Below, one piece after another: positions 25,301 to 40,300 of a DNA stretch of 64,000 nucleotides. The notes under the pieces are model-generated. The model did no database searches. It was not told the DNA's origin and was given only the letters and a program-made list of their open reading frames with translations. How positions within the stretch are numbered: the stretch's first letter is position 1; each line of letters starts with the position of its first letter. This DNA is from Malacoraja senta (taxonomy: Eukaryota), in contig CM075998.1 in the NCBI GenBank assembly GCA_038087875.1, positions 558,001 through 622,000 of the forward strand, read 5' to 3'. The translations under genes were made by a program, and so were the position numbers.

Positions 25301-28300
25301 TCGACTATTTTAGGTCACTGATCATGAAACAGCAGGCTTGATTTAGAACTTTTTTGGAAGAATTTAATTATTTTCTGTAGAATGGATATATGGTCCTGTT
25401 ACATTTAAATTCAAAATATATTCTCATGACAAAATGCACACCAATAAAATCAGTTAAGGAATTTAAGAGCAAAGGATCCATACATTTAACACATGTTGTT
25501 TTATTTTTGCAGTAAGATTTCTATTTTAGGGCACCAAAATCTTTGACAAAATAAAATGGCAACCACATTTGTACCAACTGTAGAAATCTCAAACCAGGCA
25601 TCAGCTCAGCTTTCCAAAGGACCCAACCTCTCAATCAATACTGGCCTTGAATTGTTCACAAAGAAGTAGTGATCGATAATCCTCCAGACTGGATCACTAC
25701 ATTTAGTAAGCTTTTCTAAGAAAAACTACAGAAATTTAAAAATATTTTTAAAGTTTGCCAGACAAGTTGTCCCAAGACCCTATTGAAGCAATAGTCCTGC
25801 TTACAGGTACAGTTAAAGAAAAAAAAATATGATTGAAAATGTAACCAACCTACCAATCAAAAAGAACACATTTGGAAGGTAAGAACAGCAACACAAAAGA
25901 TGCTGCAGAGAACAAAATAGCAGGAAATATTCAAACATCTCCGCAGCCGATAAACAGACACGAAAGGTAATTTTAGACAGTGGTTCGATCTTTCATGAGA
26001 TAGCTAAAGGAAACAGTATAATTAAGATATTCTCAAACAATTAACCAGCAAAATCCTTAAATTTTTGGAAATTCATCTCATGATCTGAGGTTGCAAGAGT
26101 TGATTGGCAAAATATTTACACTCCTTGCTCCCTCCCCAGGCCAAATATACAAACCGTGGGCTGGTACTTCTCGCAATTTTCACACCAGGCCTGGGTGTTC
26201 TGTTCAAGGCAAATACTTCTCTTTAGCACTTCAGCAAATTCATATTCTCGAATAGCTTTGTCTAAAGAAAAAAAGAGGTACTAAGTATTGTACATAAAGA
26301 ACATTTTTGGACAACCAAGTTCACAGAATAAATATAAAGTGGACACATTTCTGTTCACAATATCAGCCCCTGCACATTTATAAATGCAGTCACATTCCAA
26401 CAAAACAATTTTCTGCTTCGATTGGTCAAAACCTAATTTTGAACAATAAACATTTTTAGCAAAATAGAGAATGGCTTCCGTTCCTCAAATTATGATTGGT
26501 TTTGTGATTTTAAAGTTACTGCTGGTAGGTTCTCTAATGGGTCATTCAGAGTTGGCTAGAGTCATAAGATAGTTAGTGTCCCTGGCAGTTTAATTCAGAT
26601 GTTTTGCACCTCTTCAATTTTGATTTACTGTTGCTTTGGTTTAAATCTAAAGAAAGGATAGTGGAAAAAGCATTGAAATATAAACAAATAGGGGGTGCCC
26701 ACTGTATTAGAAAAGTAATATATCACGTGGATCATCATTGGGGAAGAGAATGTGAGACCCTCTGGTACAACAAGGATAGGAAATTAGTGCATTTGGATCA
26801 GGGTGCATAGATGCAAGTTAAACCTTGTTATTTCCATGCAATATAGATTTCTAATTATTTAAAGTTAGAACTGGTTCCAATCTGGGATTTTCTCTGCAGG
26901 ACAGAAGGAAAGGTGCAAAACACTGATGTCATGAGTGGGACAATGAAATGACTGTGGCAAATTTACATTGTGTTTCCTGATAAATACGAACAGGAATTTC
27001 TGAATGGGAAAACCTGAGAAAATACCCAAACATTTTTTTTAAATGTCTTTGTTGACAAAGTATTTGAGACCAATACATTTCAGGGGTCACTGTCATTTAA
27101 CCAAATTAAAATGTTAATTAAAAAAAAAAGATGAAGTACAAAAACTATGTACAGCCCGAGGAAACTGATGATTAAAGCAATGTGGAAGTTTCACACTCAA
27201 AATTCATGCGTCAAGTTTAAAATTAACCTGATGAATAAATGGTAAAATGATGTAATGGTGAAGGCAAGGCAATTCATGATTCTTTTTCCCATGCACTACT
27301 CACCAGCAGTATTTATATCAGGGTATTGCAAGGTAAAAAGCAGGCTTGAAGAAACTCGAACAGTTTCCTTCCCACAACGGCAAGTGCTACAGTTCTCAAC
27401 TTCACAACCAAACAGCTTCCCAATCACAGATTCACCAGAGGATCCAAATGTACTGAAGACAAAAACAAAAGTCTGTAAGAATGCCACATTTAAATAGTAT
27501 ATTGAGTTCAGCATGATTCAAGCAGACCATGTTTCATCTGCATCCACCATGATAAGAACAAGGGGCATCACAAACCATTGAGTCGCTTCTCCATTCCCTG
27601 CAGTAATGGGGCTGAGATTTAGAATGCAGTAGAGTGAAGGGTGTAGACAGAATAAAATTCATGAAAATAGTGCTGAGGCAGAGTGTCACCCGCAATACAG
27701 CAACCTAATACTGGCTTCATTTATCACAGATAATGTTAGCTGTCCACCAGTAAAAACTGTCTGGAAATATTTTTCATAAATGGCTGCTCTGTGATATAAC
27801 AATTGTGGGGATGCCAATGAGGGATTCTCCTCAAGTCTGCATAATTCCAATTGCAGAGCAATGCATAACACCCATGCTTTTGATAAAAATAAATCTAGTT
27901 AGTCTATCTTAAAATAGTGCTGTCTCACCTTCCCATGACACTCCGATAGGCCTGTGGACCTTCCTGCTCTTGTGTCTCCTGATGTAGCTGCGTCAATATA
28001 AATCGGTTCCAGCTCTGTATAAGTCGGCCCAGATTCACCTTCCCAGTCGCTTCATCCGAATCAGCTAGAATCAACCCAAGAGCAGACGCCTCTGGAATAG
28101 TTCGGAAAGCTCGAAGAAAATTGCTGGCCTATAAGACACAATGATAGGAAACAAAACATGATATTTTTTATACCCAATTTTGCACACAGCCACAAGTTAA
28201 CAGGGACTACAGTAATCTGGTTTTGAGACAAAGTACAAGATAGTCAACAGTAGGGAAGAGTATTGTTGACCATCGTTTACGCCTATACAGTCTCTTCTAA

Positions 28301-31300
28301 TTCAAGGATAAGCCACGGCACTAACCACCAACACAAAAGGTACTGCGGAAGTGCAGAGGTAAATGGCTGGAACATGCCATCAAGGGAGATGGTGGAAGCA
28401 GATGCAATAGCAACAGGCAAGCGGCATTTAGACACAGAAGCAAGCAGTGAATAGAGGGATATGTGCAGGCAGATGGGATTAGTTGGAATAACATTTTTTT
28501 TCCCCAACTTCTACCGTTGATTTTTTTACTTTTTATAATACGCAAAATACGGATGAATATTCTGGCCAAGGTGAAGCAGTTAGAACAATCCACATAATGA
28601 ACACCATGCTCAATGATCACACCATCCACTTTACAAGCTCAATATTAATCTACCTGGCATGGGTCGCCTCTGGAGAGATCAAGCATGTGAAACAGAAATC
28701 CAAGTTCACAGCCCAAGCAAAACTCCTTCTGACACAGATGATTTTGAACATGGCAACGGATGGGCTCCAGTAAATATAGCACCTACAATGGGAGAAGAAA
28801 GTGAAGAAAACAAAGTCATTAAAAAAACTTCAAGACAAACACTTGTCTTAACTATTAATTTGGATTACATCCATCTTACATTCTAAATTTTCACCTAAAT
28901 GCTATTTCTGAAAAGTGGATCTTTCCAACATCAGGTACCCCCTATAAAACAGTATTTCTAAGTTAAATAGAGCTCAACTCATTCTACCCTGTCCAATAAT
29001 GTACCTCAAGATAATCAGATGACTACTTCCTACTGTACGAGTACAATATTCTAATTACTTTACAATATTCTAATTACTTTCCTCCTGGGATAAACGGGTC
29101 ATCTGAGGACAACAGAGTTGCCAGGGTTAAAAATAATAAGGGATGATTTCATTGAAACACAAGATTTGGAAAAGAACTGACAAGGTTGATAAAGAATCAT
29201 TGAAGCTGAGAGGCTGTTTTCTCTGACTCATGTCAGTCTCAGGATAATGAATTATACACTTAGGACTTCCATGAGAAGAAACGTCATTAAGTATTGGAAA
29301 TCTTTGAAATTATCTTTCCCCGAGGGCTGTGGATGAGGATATTCAAGTCAAGGTAGATATTTGAATAGCAAATGAATCACGGGATTTGACAGGGAAGTGA
29401 ATCAGGTGATCAGGCAATATCTTAATACATTGTAAAGACAAATTGAGAAGCTGCATGGACTACTCCCACTTTTGTTCCTTATTTCTATTGTTGCTTCCTG
29501 TTTGTGGGGAAACACCTACCTTTTATCTTTCAGGTGAAAACTGGAGGCCCTCAATACCGAAGGCTAGTTACCATGCCCTTCATTTTTCTCCTCACAGGTC
29601 CTTCTGCACGCTCTTCCTTCACAAAAACACTGGCTCTGCCTTAACTCAATATTAACCATTTTTGGGCAGCACACTTATTGAAAGACGAAGACTTTCGAGA
29701 AGGTGCAGGAGGAATTTATCAAAATGATTCCAGAGATGAGGGACTTTAGTGTAGTGACCGAGAAGCTGGGGTTGTTCTCCTTACTAGAGAGGTTTTTGCA
29801 AGGGGATCCACTTTCGATAGGAGGTATTTAAAATCATAAATAGACATTTCTGACTGACTGAAGTATTAAAAAAAATTAAATGAAGACGACAGTTAAAAGA
29901 AAAAAAAATACAGTAAGCGGTTGGATCGGGAGGCAAGGGAAACTAATTCGAAAGTATCTTTCAAAAGATATCTGGATAAACGTCTGAAAGGAAAGAAACT
30001 GCAGCACCATTGGGAAAGGGCAGGGGAGTGGAACGAACAGGGTTGCTCAGATGTTGAGTCAGTATGGAATTGGCACAATAAATGGTCTTTTCTATTCTAT
30101 AAAAATCTTACAATTCTGGAAATATTATAGAATCTGTAATATTGGCAAAAAATTATAATTAGGCAAGATCTTTTGCCAGATGATTATAAACTGCAGAATA
30201 GAATAGCAACACACAGTGGCATTGTTCCCCACTAAAATCACAACCAGGGTGTTTTTCACTTTTATCTAACATGTACAAGTGCTGACTATAGGAATGCAAC
30301 AAAAGGCTGGGAGAATGTCGCTGACCTGAATCATACAGTTGCAGTAGGCATTGGGAATGTGTGGCTCCAGCCCGGCAAACAAGGTCTTGTTGTAGTGCTT
30401 GAAATCAAAGTCTTCCAAACCAAGTTTTGAATATTTGATAGTAACCTAAACAAATACATTTACAATCAAACTGCTGAATAATTTAGGCACAGGGCAAATA
30501 TGCTCAAGAGTTATTTGTAATCAATCTAATAGTTAAAATACATACGACTATTGCAATTCTCAATTGATAAAGGAAGAGAAAAATATTATAATTACTTCAA
30601 AGCAAGTGACACTGGTGGAGGTGGGGGGAGGGGGAGAAATGTGGAAAAAAAGTGTAGGCTGAACACCAGGAAAAAACCCTTCAGGTTAACCAAGAAGCAG
30701 AGTGCTGGCTAATTCAGGGACTTGTCCAACACTACCCATATTCTTCTGGCAAAATACAGGGCAAGATCCCTCAATGATACAAATCCACTCCTGTGGGTTT
30801 TCCACCTCAGGAAATCTTCAATCTTCTTATCCCAGGGCAGCAGGTGGACAAACACCATGGTGGAAAGTAGAGGAAGAGATCTGGTAGCTGACTTAGAAAA
30901 ATGAAATGGCCAGAAGTTTGGCAAACACAAGAAAGCAGCCTAGGTCAAACCACATCACTTTCAGGTAAGAGATTTCTTTAAAATGTAGTATTCTGGAACA
31001 GGAACATACCCTGATAAAGTACATTTCTATTAAAATAAGCTGGCTTTCAGAAATACTTTATAATTCTACTCAATGGAACCAAACATTGAATGATAATCTA
31101 ACTCAAAGTAGGTTTTTTTTTGGCCTCAGACCTTTCGATATTTCTTTGGGACCATGTACAGGTGAGTATCTTCCTCCCTTCCAATAGGAGACTCAGGGAT
31201 TTGATTGTAGTTGTCAAATTCTACATCCATCTCCTTCAATTTATATGGAACCTAGAAACAGAAGTCTAATTATTGATCATCTAAAAAAGTTAACCACACA

Positions 31301-34300
31301 GGGATTAGTAGGCTTAGTGGGCAACAGTTAAGATGGTGTGTTGTTAAATCATACATAGAAGATTTTAGCGTCAATTCTTGGGCTGTTCTGAACAACTTCA
31401 CCTGGCACAGCAGTGGGAGCGATCATGCAGTTATCAAAGTTAAAGGAGGGAGGCAAAAAAGTTTCATTATTCAGTGACACACAAAGACACATGCAGGCTT
31501 GGTAGTTTTACTCCTGCAATAGAACCGCTAGTTGGCCATTTGGCATTTGTTCCAGGGCCTTCTAGCTTAGGAACAAACAAGATTCAGAACCTTGTAAATA
31601 AAAGCAAAATCTATATTCATAAATTGCCGATTCTGCTTTCAAGCATTACACGAGATTTTGTTGGAAAATTTAAATGCCATACTTTAAGATGATAATATCA
31701 TTCGACGGACTAATATGTATGTGCCATAACTGAAGTTACACAATCAATTCCCAAAGTGACCAACAATCCCATCAAATCCAAATACATCACAGTAGCAACT
31801 ATAGAGTCACAGACTCATACAGCATGGAAACGGGCACTTCGGCCCAACTTGCTCACGCCAACCAACATGCCCCAACTACACTAGCCCCACCTGCCTGTGT
31901 TTGGCCCATATCCCTCTAAACCTAAATTATCCATGTACTTATCCAAATATTTTTTTTTTTTAATGTTGTGATAGTGCAGCATATTCCATATACCTACAAC
32001 CCTTTGTGTAGAATAACTGCCCCTCGGGTTCCTATTAAATATTTCCCCCCTCTCTTTAAATCCATGTCCTCTGGTCCTCTATTCACCTGCTCTGGGTAAA
32101 AGACTGCATCTTCCCTATCTATTTCTCACATGATCTTATATACCTCTATAAACTCACCCCTTATCCTCCTATGCTCCAAGCAATAAAGTTCTAGCCTGCT
32201 CAACCTCTCCCAAAAGCTCAGGCCCTTCAACCATGGCAACATCCACCTAAATCTTCTCAGCGCCTTTTTCATCTTAACAACATTTTTCCTGGAGCAGGAT
32301 GACCAAAACTGAACACAATACTCTAAATGTGGCCTCACCAATGTCTTGTACAATTGTAACGTGACCTCCAATGTCTATACTCAATACTCTTGACTGATTG
32401 CCCTGGAATTCAAAACACAAAAAAAAAAAAAAAAAGATTTTCCCTTCCCCACATGCAGTTTCCCAAAAAGGTTACAAGAGGTTATAGGACAATTTGTTGT
32501 GATGTTGTGGCACAATTATACCATGGCATTAACACTCATGCCCACAATTGCAGACCAGTTCCCATGCTAGCCTGGCTATACACAAAAAGGAACTAGAGGT
32601 TAGGGACTTCCTTGAAGGGTATTTTATAGAACTGTCTTAAGCACAAGAAAAAATGAAGCAAGTTAATAGTAAAGTGCCCACTTCTGCATGTCTGTACATT
32701 ATCAGGAATTAGCATCACACAAACCGAACACCCTCTATAACCTTCATCTGTAAACCTGAACAATGAGCTACATCAGGCTTGTTAATCACAAAGGGAATCT
32801 TAACCAAGCCAGGTCTGAGATCTTGAAAATAGAAGAATAGAATACTATTTATTGTCATTCAAACCTAGGCTTGAACGAAATATCATTACTAGTTTTTTTT
32901 TTTTACATTACAAAAAAAACCAAGACCCACACTTAACACAGTTTACATAAACATCCATCACAGTGAGTCTCCAACACCTCCTCACTGTGATAGAAGGCAA
33001 AGTCTTATCTCTTCCCTTTATTCTCCACCCGCGGTCCAGCAGTCCAACTGCAGCATCTAGGCGAACTGGGGCTCCGGTGTTAAAGCCCCCGGCGGACGAT
33101 GGTAAGTCCTGTGGCCATTTAGCCACGCCGGGCGATGCCAGGCCCCGGCTCCGTGTCCTTCAAACCCCGCGGTTCAAGCAGTCCAACCCGCAGTCCAACT
33201 GCAGCGTCTAGGCGAACTGTCCAAATGGGGCAGCACAGCTGCTGTCTTTCAGCACCAGAGACCCGGGTCCAATCTTGACTACAGGTGCTGTCGGTACCGA
33301 GTTTGTACAGGTTACTCCGGTTTCCTCCCACGTTCCAAAGACATGCAGGTTTATAGGCTTCTGTAAGTGGCGGCGCTGTTGAACAGCTGCGGCTCGCCTG
33401 CAGTCCGTCTGTTTTTACTTTTTTTTGTTGGTTTCTTTTGTCCTGTTTTAGTTAAATTTTAGTTTATTGGGTTGTGTATGTGTGTGTGGGGTGGGGGGGT
33501 GAAACATGATTTTTGTCTCTTCCTTCGGGGGAATGCGACTTTTTCTTGTCGTATCCCCCTTCTCTGCCTCCGTCTGCGCTGAGGCCAAAATGGCGGAGCT
33601 GCCGGCCTCCAACTCCAACTGCGACCGACCGACCTCGAGGCTCCGGAGGCAGAGCCAGGACTTACCAGCGCGGGGCTGGCCGGCTTCGGGGCTGCGGTGG
33701 CGTTCCGGCGGTGGCGACCAAGGACGCTGGTGGCGACCTGAGTCCGGAGGCTCGGCCGCGTGCCCGGTGGACGACATCGTTGGGAGCTCGCAGGTCACAG
33801 GTGGGCGACCTTTTTTTCTGGGGCTCCCGCAACTACAGCTGCATCCGCTGGACTGGAGGTCGGCAGCTTCGACCACCCCGAGCCGCGGACGGAGCACGGA
33901 TTCAGCCGCGGGACTGACTTACCATCACCCGGCGGGGTAACAGCGTCAGAAGCCTGGATCGCCTCAGCGCAGAGGGAGAACAAAGAGGGAAGAGACAGAG
34001 ACTTTAAGACTTTTGCCTCCATCACAGTGAGGAGGTGCCTGGTTAACTCTATGTGGTGGATGTTAATTTGTGTTTATTGTGTGTTTTGTTATTTATTATA
34101 TGTATGACTGCAGGCAACGAAATTTCGTTCAGACCGAAAGGTCTGAATGACAAATAAAGGAATCTCTAATCTCTAATCTCTAAACTGGGGCTCCGATGTT
34201 AAAGCCCCCGGCAGACGATGGTAAGTCCCGTGGCCGCCAACCTGCGCCGGGCGATGTTAGGCCTCGCTCCGTGTCCTCTAAACCTCGCGATTCCAGCGGG

Positions 34301-37300
34301 AGAAGTTGCTGTTGTGGGATCTCCGAAACGCCGTCTCCCACCATGGACCTGGAGCTCCCGATGTTCCTGTCCACCGGGCCTGCAGCCGGAGCCTCCGAAA
34401 CTCCAAAGTCGGGTCGCAGCCGAGCGCCACCACAGCTCTCCCCGCTCCAAAGCCGGCCAGCTCCGCGATGTCAGGTCCCAGGCTCCGCGACTGGAGCCCT
34501 CAGGTTGGTCCCGGCCGGAGGCTGCCGCCGGCTCCACAATGTTAGGCCCAACGACATCGGAGAGAAGGAAGGGAGAGCTGGCTGTGGTAATGACAAAGAG
34601 GTCTCCTCGCTGTTGTCCAGAGAGAAAGCAATCCAAATGGGGCAGCACAGCTGCTGTCTTTCAGCACCAGAGACCCGGGTTCAATCTTGACTACAGGTGC
34701 TGTCGGTACCGAGTTTGTACAGGTTACTCCGGTTTCCTCCCACGTTCCAAAGACATGCAGGTTTATAGGCTTCTGTAAATTGTCCCTACTGTGTAGGATA
34801 GAGCTAATGTATGGATGATTGTTGGTCCGTGCGGAGTGTGTGGGCCGAATGGCCTGTTCCCACGGTGTATCTCTAAACTAAACAAGGGAACTCCTCAACT
34901 GGTCATGGTGGCGCAGCGGTAGAGTTGCTGCCTTACAGCGAATGCAGCACCGGAGATACAGGTTCGATCCCGACTACAGGTGCTGTCTTTACGGAGTTTG
35001 TACGTTCTCCCCGTGACCTGCGTGGGTTTTCTGTGAGATCTTCGGTTTACTCCCACACTCCAAAGACGTACATGTTTGTAGGTTAATTGGCTTGGTAAAT
35101 GTGGGTGTAGAATAGTGTTAATGTGCGGGAATCGCTGGTCGGCGGGGACCCAGTGGGCTGAAGGGCCTGTTTCCACACTGTATCTCTAAACTGACGAGCG
35201 ACAAATGCTACCCTGTTACATCAGTGCGAATTTGGTCCATCAAGCACAATGAATCCAAGGAGCCGATGATTACCAACAAGCTATTAGACCTCCTGTGATC
35301 TTTCCACCCGCCTTTGTTGGGTGTCAAGGCCGTCAGTGTTCTATAGAGCTACCTTCCCCACCTCCATCTTCCCCCTCACCACCCCTCCTCCCATCTTGAG
35401 ACAGGATGGCTTCTAATTAACGTTTACCTTGCCCTTGAGGTTAATTAACTTCTGGATCTCCTAGTCATTGTCAAACTGAAGTAATTGTAGCCCCATACCA
35501 TAAGAATATCACTGTTACTTGTACAAAAAAAAGGAATACTTTTTTTTAACCTGATTTCTCAGCTTTGTTTTGGGATTTGGAGCATAACCGATAAATCCAA
35601 CTTTCTTCATGGTACGCAATATCTCAAGGTCAACAGGTGGAGCTCGTCTGCAAGAGTAACCAAAGAAGAGTTAATATTAATAAAAGACCTGGTAGACTAT
35701 TTTAAGATACTGAGGGATTACATAGCATTCAAAGTGAACTGTACAATACAAACTGTATTACCCCACTTACAAAGCGGGAGTACTTTGTAAGCGTCCTTTA
35801 TGGGTGACTATTTGCATACCTTGGGTATGTAAGCAAAGAATCTCACTGTGACGTCACATGTGGCAATATTCAATTCAACTCAATTTCTTCAAAAGGATGA
35901 AGATATTAGGGCATTTTGGTATTCTTTAAATATACATTGGTTTGCTTTGCTTTTCATTTCAGAATTTTCTTTGGTCTTACATTAGACATTAATTGTAATA
36001 TACAAGCAATGTAATTCCATAATGAATATGAAAAAAGGCAAGGGATTTCATCCAAGATTATGATCACCCAAACAAGTTGCATGAACAAGCTGAAATGAAA
36101 ATAACAAGGAAAAGGTAACAAGATTTGATATTGTGTTAATCAGAGGGTTTCAAATTGAAAATCCTTTGTGTTTGTGTCAATTTCACCATTGGCAAAAACC
36201 ACATTAAAATTATAGTCTGAAACAAACAAGTCCTAAACTATTTCATCTCCGCACATCACATACAACGTTAATTCAGAGCTTTGTCTCAAATTTCAGAACA
36301 GGCAAGTGATATAGCACAACTGGATATGGAGGCAGTGTTCTATTATGATATGATCAAGAGTGGGGAGGGCATATATACTTATCTTCTGAATTGAAGTGGA
36401 AAATTCACAGAAAGATGCTCTCATACATCTTGTGCATGGAAATTATGCTGTGTGGTGTCCGATGCAAAATGAATGAATGGACAGAGGCATCTAAATGCAT
36501 TTTAGATTAATCGATATATACGAGGAATTGACAATTCAGCTCATGTTGCTGACAAGCAAAGTCTTGCAAGCATGCCAATCTTAGGTAAAGCACCCTTTTA
36601 TATTGCGATGGCTTTTGATTTCACAGGCTAAGTACAAGGTTCTGCATTTGGTGTAACCATAAAATGAAATATAATCGAGAAGTAAACAAAAAGGGGAATA
36701 AAGTAGCTGTGGGTTTTTTATCCACTGAGAGAAATAATGAGAATATCAACAATTTAAGGAACAGTGGTTTAGATGGAACTAATTGAAATAAAAAGCAGTC
36801 AAAAGGTCAATTATTGTAAACGATTCGCACATTAAATAAAAGCAAATTCAATAACTTTAAGCAATGAGCAAAAAGACAGTGCTGGAAGAACTCAGCAGGC
36901 CAATGCATTACATGCCTCCATTTATAAGAATTCTACTTTCAACTTTTAATTACCTAGGTGTAACAACGCAGTTTGCTGTTGGCCAGTCAGACAACAAAGA
37001 TTCTGTGATAAGAGGTACTGGAATAAGGGATAAAGGCAAGAGATCATCATTCCAGTCCAGATGTGGCAGCGTATCTACCATACACGGCATTGGAAACTCT
37101 GTCTCACGGGAGTATGCGTTAAACGTAGCTTCTGGCGAGTCTGCCCACAGATGCACACACCCTCCAGAGTCTCCAAACACCAATGCTCGCTTGCTAGAGG
37201 ATACATCAAATGTCATAACTAACTGTCCCACAGTGTTTACATGGAAAATATCCGCTGGACTTGCAAGGCCCGTTGGTTCACAAAATTGACATTGTCCTGC

Positions 37301-40300
37301 AAAAAAGACCCAAAAAAGAGATTGCTGCAACAAATTGTAGTTCAAATGAGATCTTTCACCAACAATAAAAGCACATGCATGCCTGTTATATTTAGCCCAC
37401 ATTCATCAACTGCATATCCCATAAATACATACCATTTCAGTGGCAGCCTCCAAAAGTGGCTCCTTTGAGAATGGAGTCAGCTTTAATGTTATCATAATCG
37501 GGTGGAAGGACATTGCAAAATTTTCATGCAACGCCATGCAACATTATATTCCAAAATGTTTTTCAAATAGAACCAAGTTTTAACATTTCATCTCCTTTCT
37601 GATTGTTGCTGCTGGCACTGATGACATTTGGCTAGTTTGTTTTTAAATGTTGCCATATTATAACCATCACAGGCCCAATTTCACCAGATGCTAAGATTCT
37701 TTTAAATAAATTTATCCTCGGCAAAATTAGAAGAGTGGAAATGGAGCTCAGTTTGTAGAAAAACTTTCAACTGAGTAAACAGCACTGGACTTGAAATTAA
37801 TAAATACAACAATCATTACAAACTGCTCAGAATGAGACTTCATTCATTAGTATTCATTCTTTAATTATTCACAGTACTTCATGTAATCAAAGCTAACTAA
37901 ACTATAAAAATTGACAGAGTGCTGGAGTAGGTGACTTTTCAGGTCAGAACCCTTCTTCAGACTGATAAATAAAAGCTTGCCGATGAATCAAATGCAAAGT
38001 TGTCATACTCTTTTTAAAAAGGAAACATTCATTTCCTGGTTTTGGACTGATTTTAAGGAGAAATTGGAGATTCATGATAACTGCAAACCAAAAGAAATGT
38101 TCCTATCAATTAACCTCTCGTTGCTCCTTGTAATCAAGTGACACATTTTCACCCAAGCAGTGAATAATGCTGTGCATGTTCCATGGTGTAATGTTCCTGA
38201 CATCTTAGTATAGCATACTTTGAGCAACAGCCATTAATGAATTATAAAATATCTATAGAACCTTTAGTATTTTGTAAGATACCTGATTGAGAGATGATGG
38301 CTAGCCTTGAAGTATATGTAGGAATAAATCTCAGGAAGAGTGGATCCACATGAACCTGCAAGGGGCTAATCGCCCGCATCATTCGGAGGTCATAAACCAT
38401 CAGGAACCTGTCACATGACAGCCCATTCATTCGATTTGAAAAGCCACATGTCACCAGCAGGTTTCCATGTACATCAAAATCAGAGAGGCTTCCAGAGTAA
38501 GCATCAAACTCATGCTCCAATTTAAAGCTTCTTAAATCTCGAAGAGATACCTAAAGCACAAAATAATCATTATGCAATAAAAGCAATCTGCCCATTCTCA
38601 TTCAATAGTCATGAACACACCACCAGTGTGGTACGATGTTACACAATCCAGGAAAGCCCCAGCCTCAGTCCTAGCCACACAGCAATACGAAACCACAAGT
38701 TGGTCACACCATTTGTGGGTTGTGACCAGTGGGGTACAATTGTTACCATGATCCAGTATCTTTCAGTGGCAAAATGCATACATGCAGTCCAGGATGTGCT
38801 TTGTAATACCTACAAACCCACACTTTTTTGGGATGTGATAGGAAACGGAGCACCCGGAGAAATTCAAGCATACTCAGGGAGAACATGCAAACTCCACAAA
38901 GATAGATAGCACCCGAGGTCAGGATCAAACCTGGGTCTCAGGCGCTGCGAGGCAGCGGCTCTACCAGCTGCACCACTGTGCTGCTTTGTAATTGTCTTTC
39001 CTCGTCAATTCTTCAAAGCTCACGGTCTCAGTTCAAGAGAATAGTGGCTTTAGGTGGAAAACCAGTACCATCAAATCACCTTGAACAGGGAGAAAGGGTA
39101 AATGCGAGGGAAGGGTGTGATTAAGACCTGATCACCCATTATGGCCTCTGTGGGAGATTAGTCACCAATTCCAAAAATTGATGCCTCCAATTTGTTCTTC
39201 CTTTATGCTTAAGTCTATTTATGGTTCCTCTTCTGCTGTTACATTTTGTAAAACGTCTCACTTCTACAGTGGACAGCTGCAACCATTTGCTGATGGTTTT
39301 GCTGGCACTACCTCCATGAATTAAAAAAGATTGGAGTAGAGACCTGATAGAAGTTTATAAAATTATGAGAGGCATAGATAGGCAGTCAGAATTTTCCCTC
39401 AGGGTGGCAATGTTAAAGACTAGAGGGCATAGCTTTTAGGTCTGGGGTGGGGGAGGGGTTAAATGTGCGGAACAAGTTAAAAAAAAGTTGTTTTTTAAAA
39501 ATCAGTGCAGTAGGTACCTGGAATGCGCTACCAAACTTTTAACTAGGCACAAGACTATGTAATATGTAAGGAACAGAGGGATATGGATCGCCTGCAGGAA
39601 GAAGGGTTAGATATAATTTGGCTTGTTTAACGTTGGACACAGATATAGCATCCTAAATGTTTCTATCCGTTCTAAGTCCATTTCTACTTTCAGTGAACTG
39701 ATGTATAAGAACACCCAGGATTCTCTACATTTCAACAATTCTCAATTTAAATCAGTTAATTAAACCGAACACCAAAATAGATTACTTCATATTTAACTAC
39801 CAGGCACTTCATAGACAGGTTATGTACACTTTAGGATTGGGAAGGAAATGAGGGGCATGTTGAGAAGTTTGTAGCAACAATCAGAAAAAGGGATCAGTTT
39901 GTTCCTGTTGCTACAAATTGCTTTAAATTCAGTAGCTTCTATACAAATACCTTTCCTGATGTATGGCCACAAAAGAAGAAGCGGTTAGACTGCCGCATAA
40001 TTGTGACACCGGGAAGCTCAACTGTGTACTGGAAAGAGAGATACAAAAATGAAACTTCATATATTAATACAAAATATCACCATTCAGAGCATGTTAAAAT
40101 AAAATTTCACAAAATGTTTATAAAGCTTTGATATGTTGGCACAAGAGCTGGAAACTGGATAAAGCACCAGTTAACCATACAAAGCTTTGGGATTCAATTT
40201 TAAAAGACATTTAAAATGATGGGGATGAAGAATTGGAGTGAAAATTCATGTGATAAGGAGGAAGTATGGAAATAGAGATCCCAATAAAATTTGAAGGAGA

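Noticed and set aside
29042-29079. 19-bp tandem duplication TACAATATTCTAATTACTT
   Set aside because: Ordinary slippage duplication in an intron.
33448-34778. Many overlapping 110-186 aa ORFs on both strands
   Set aside because: Expected in GC-rich repeat DNA with few stop codons; no recognisable domain; located inside a PAN2 intron.
34901-34985. tRNA-like sequence
   Set aside because: It is a SINE head that continues into the SINE core and LINE-like tail; no complete cloverleaf.
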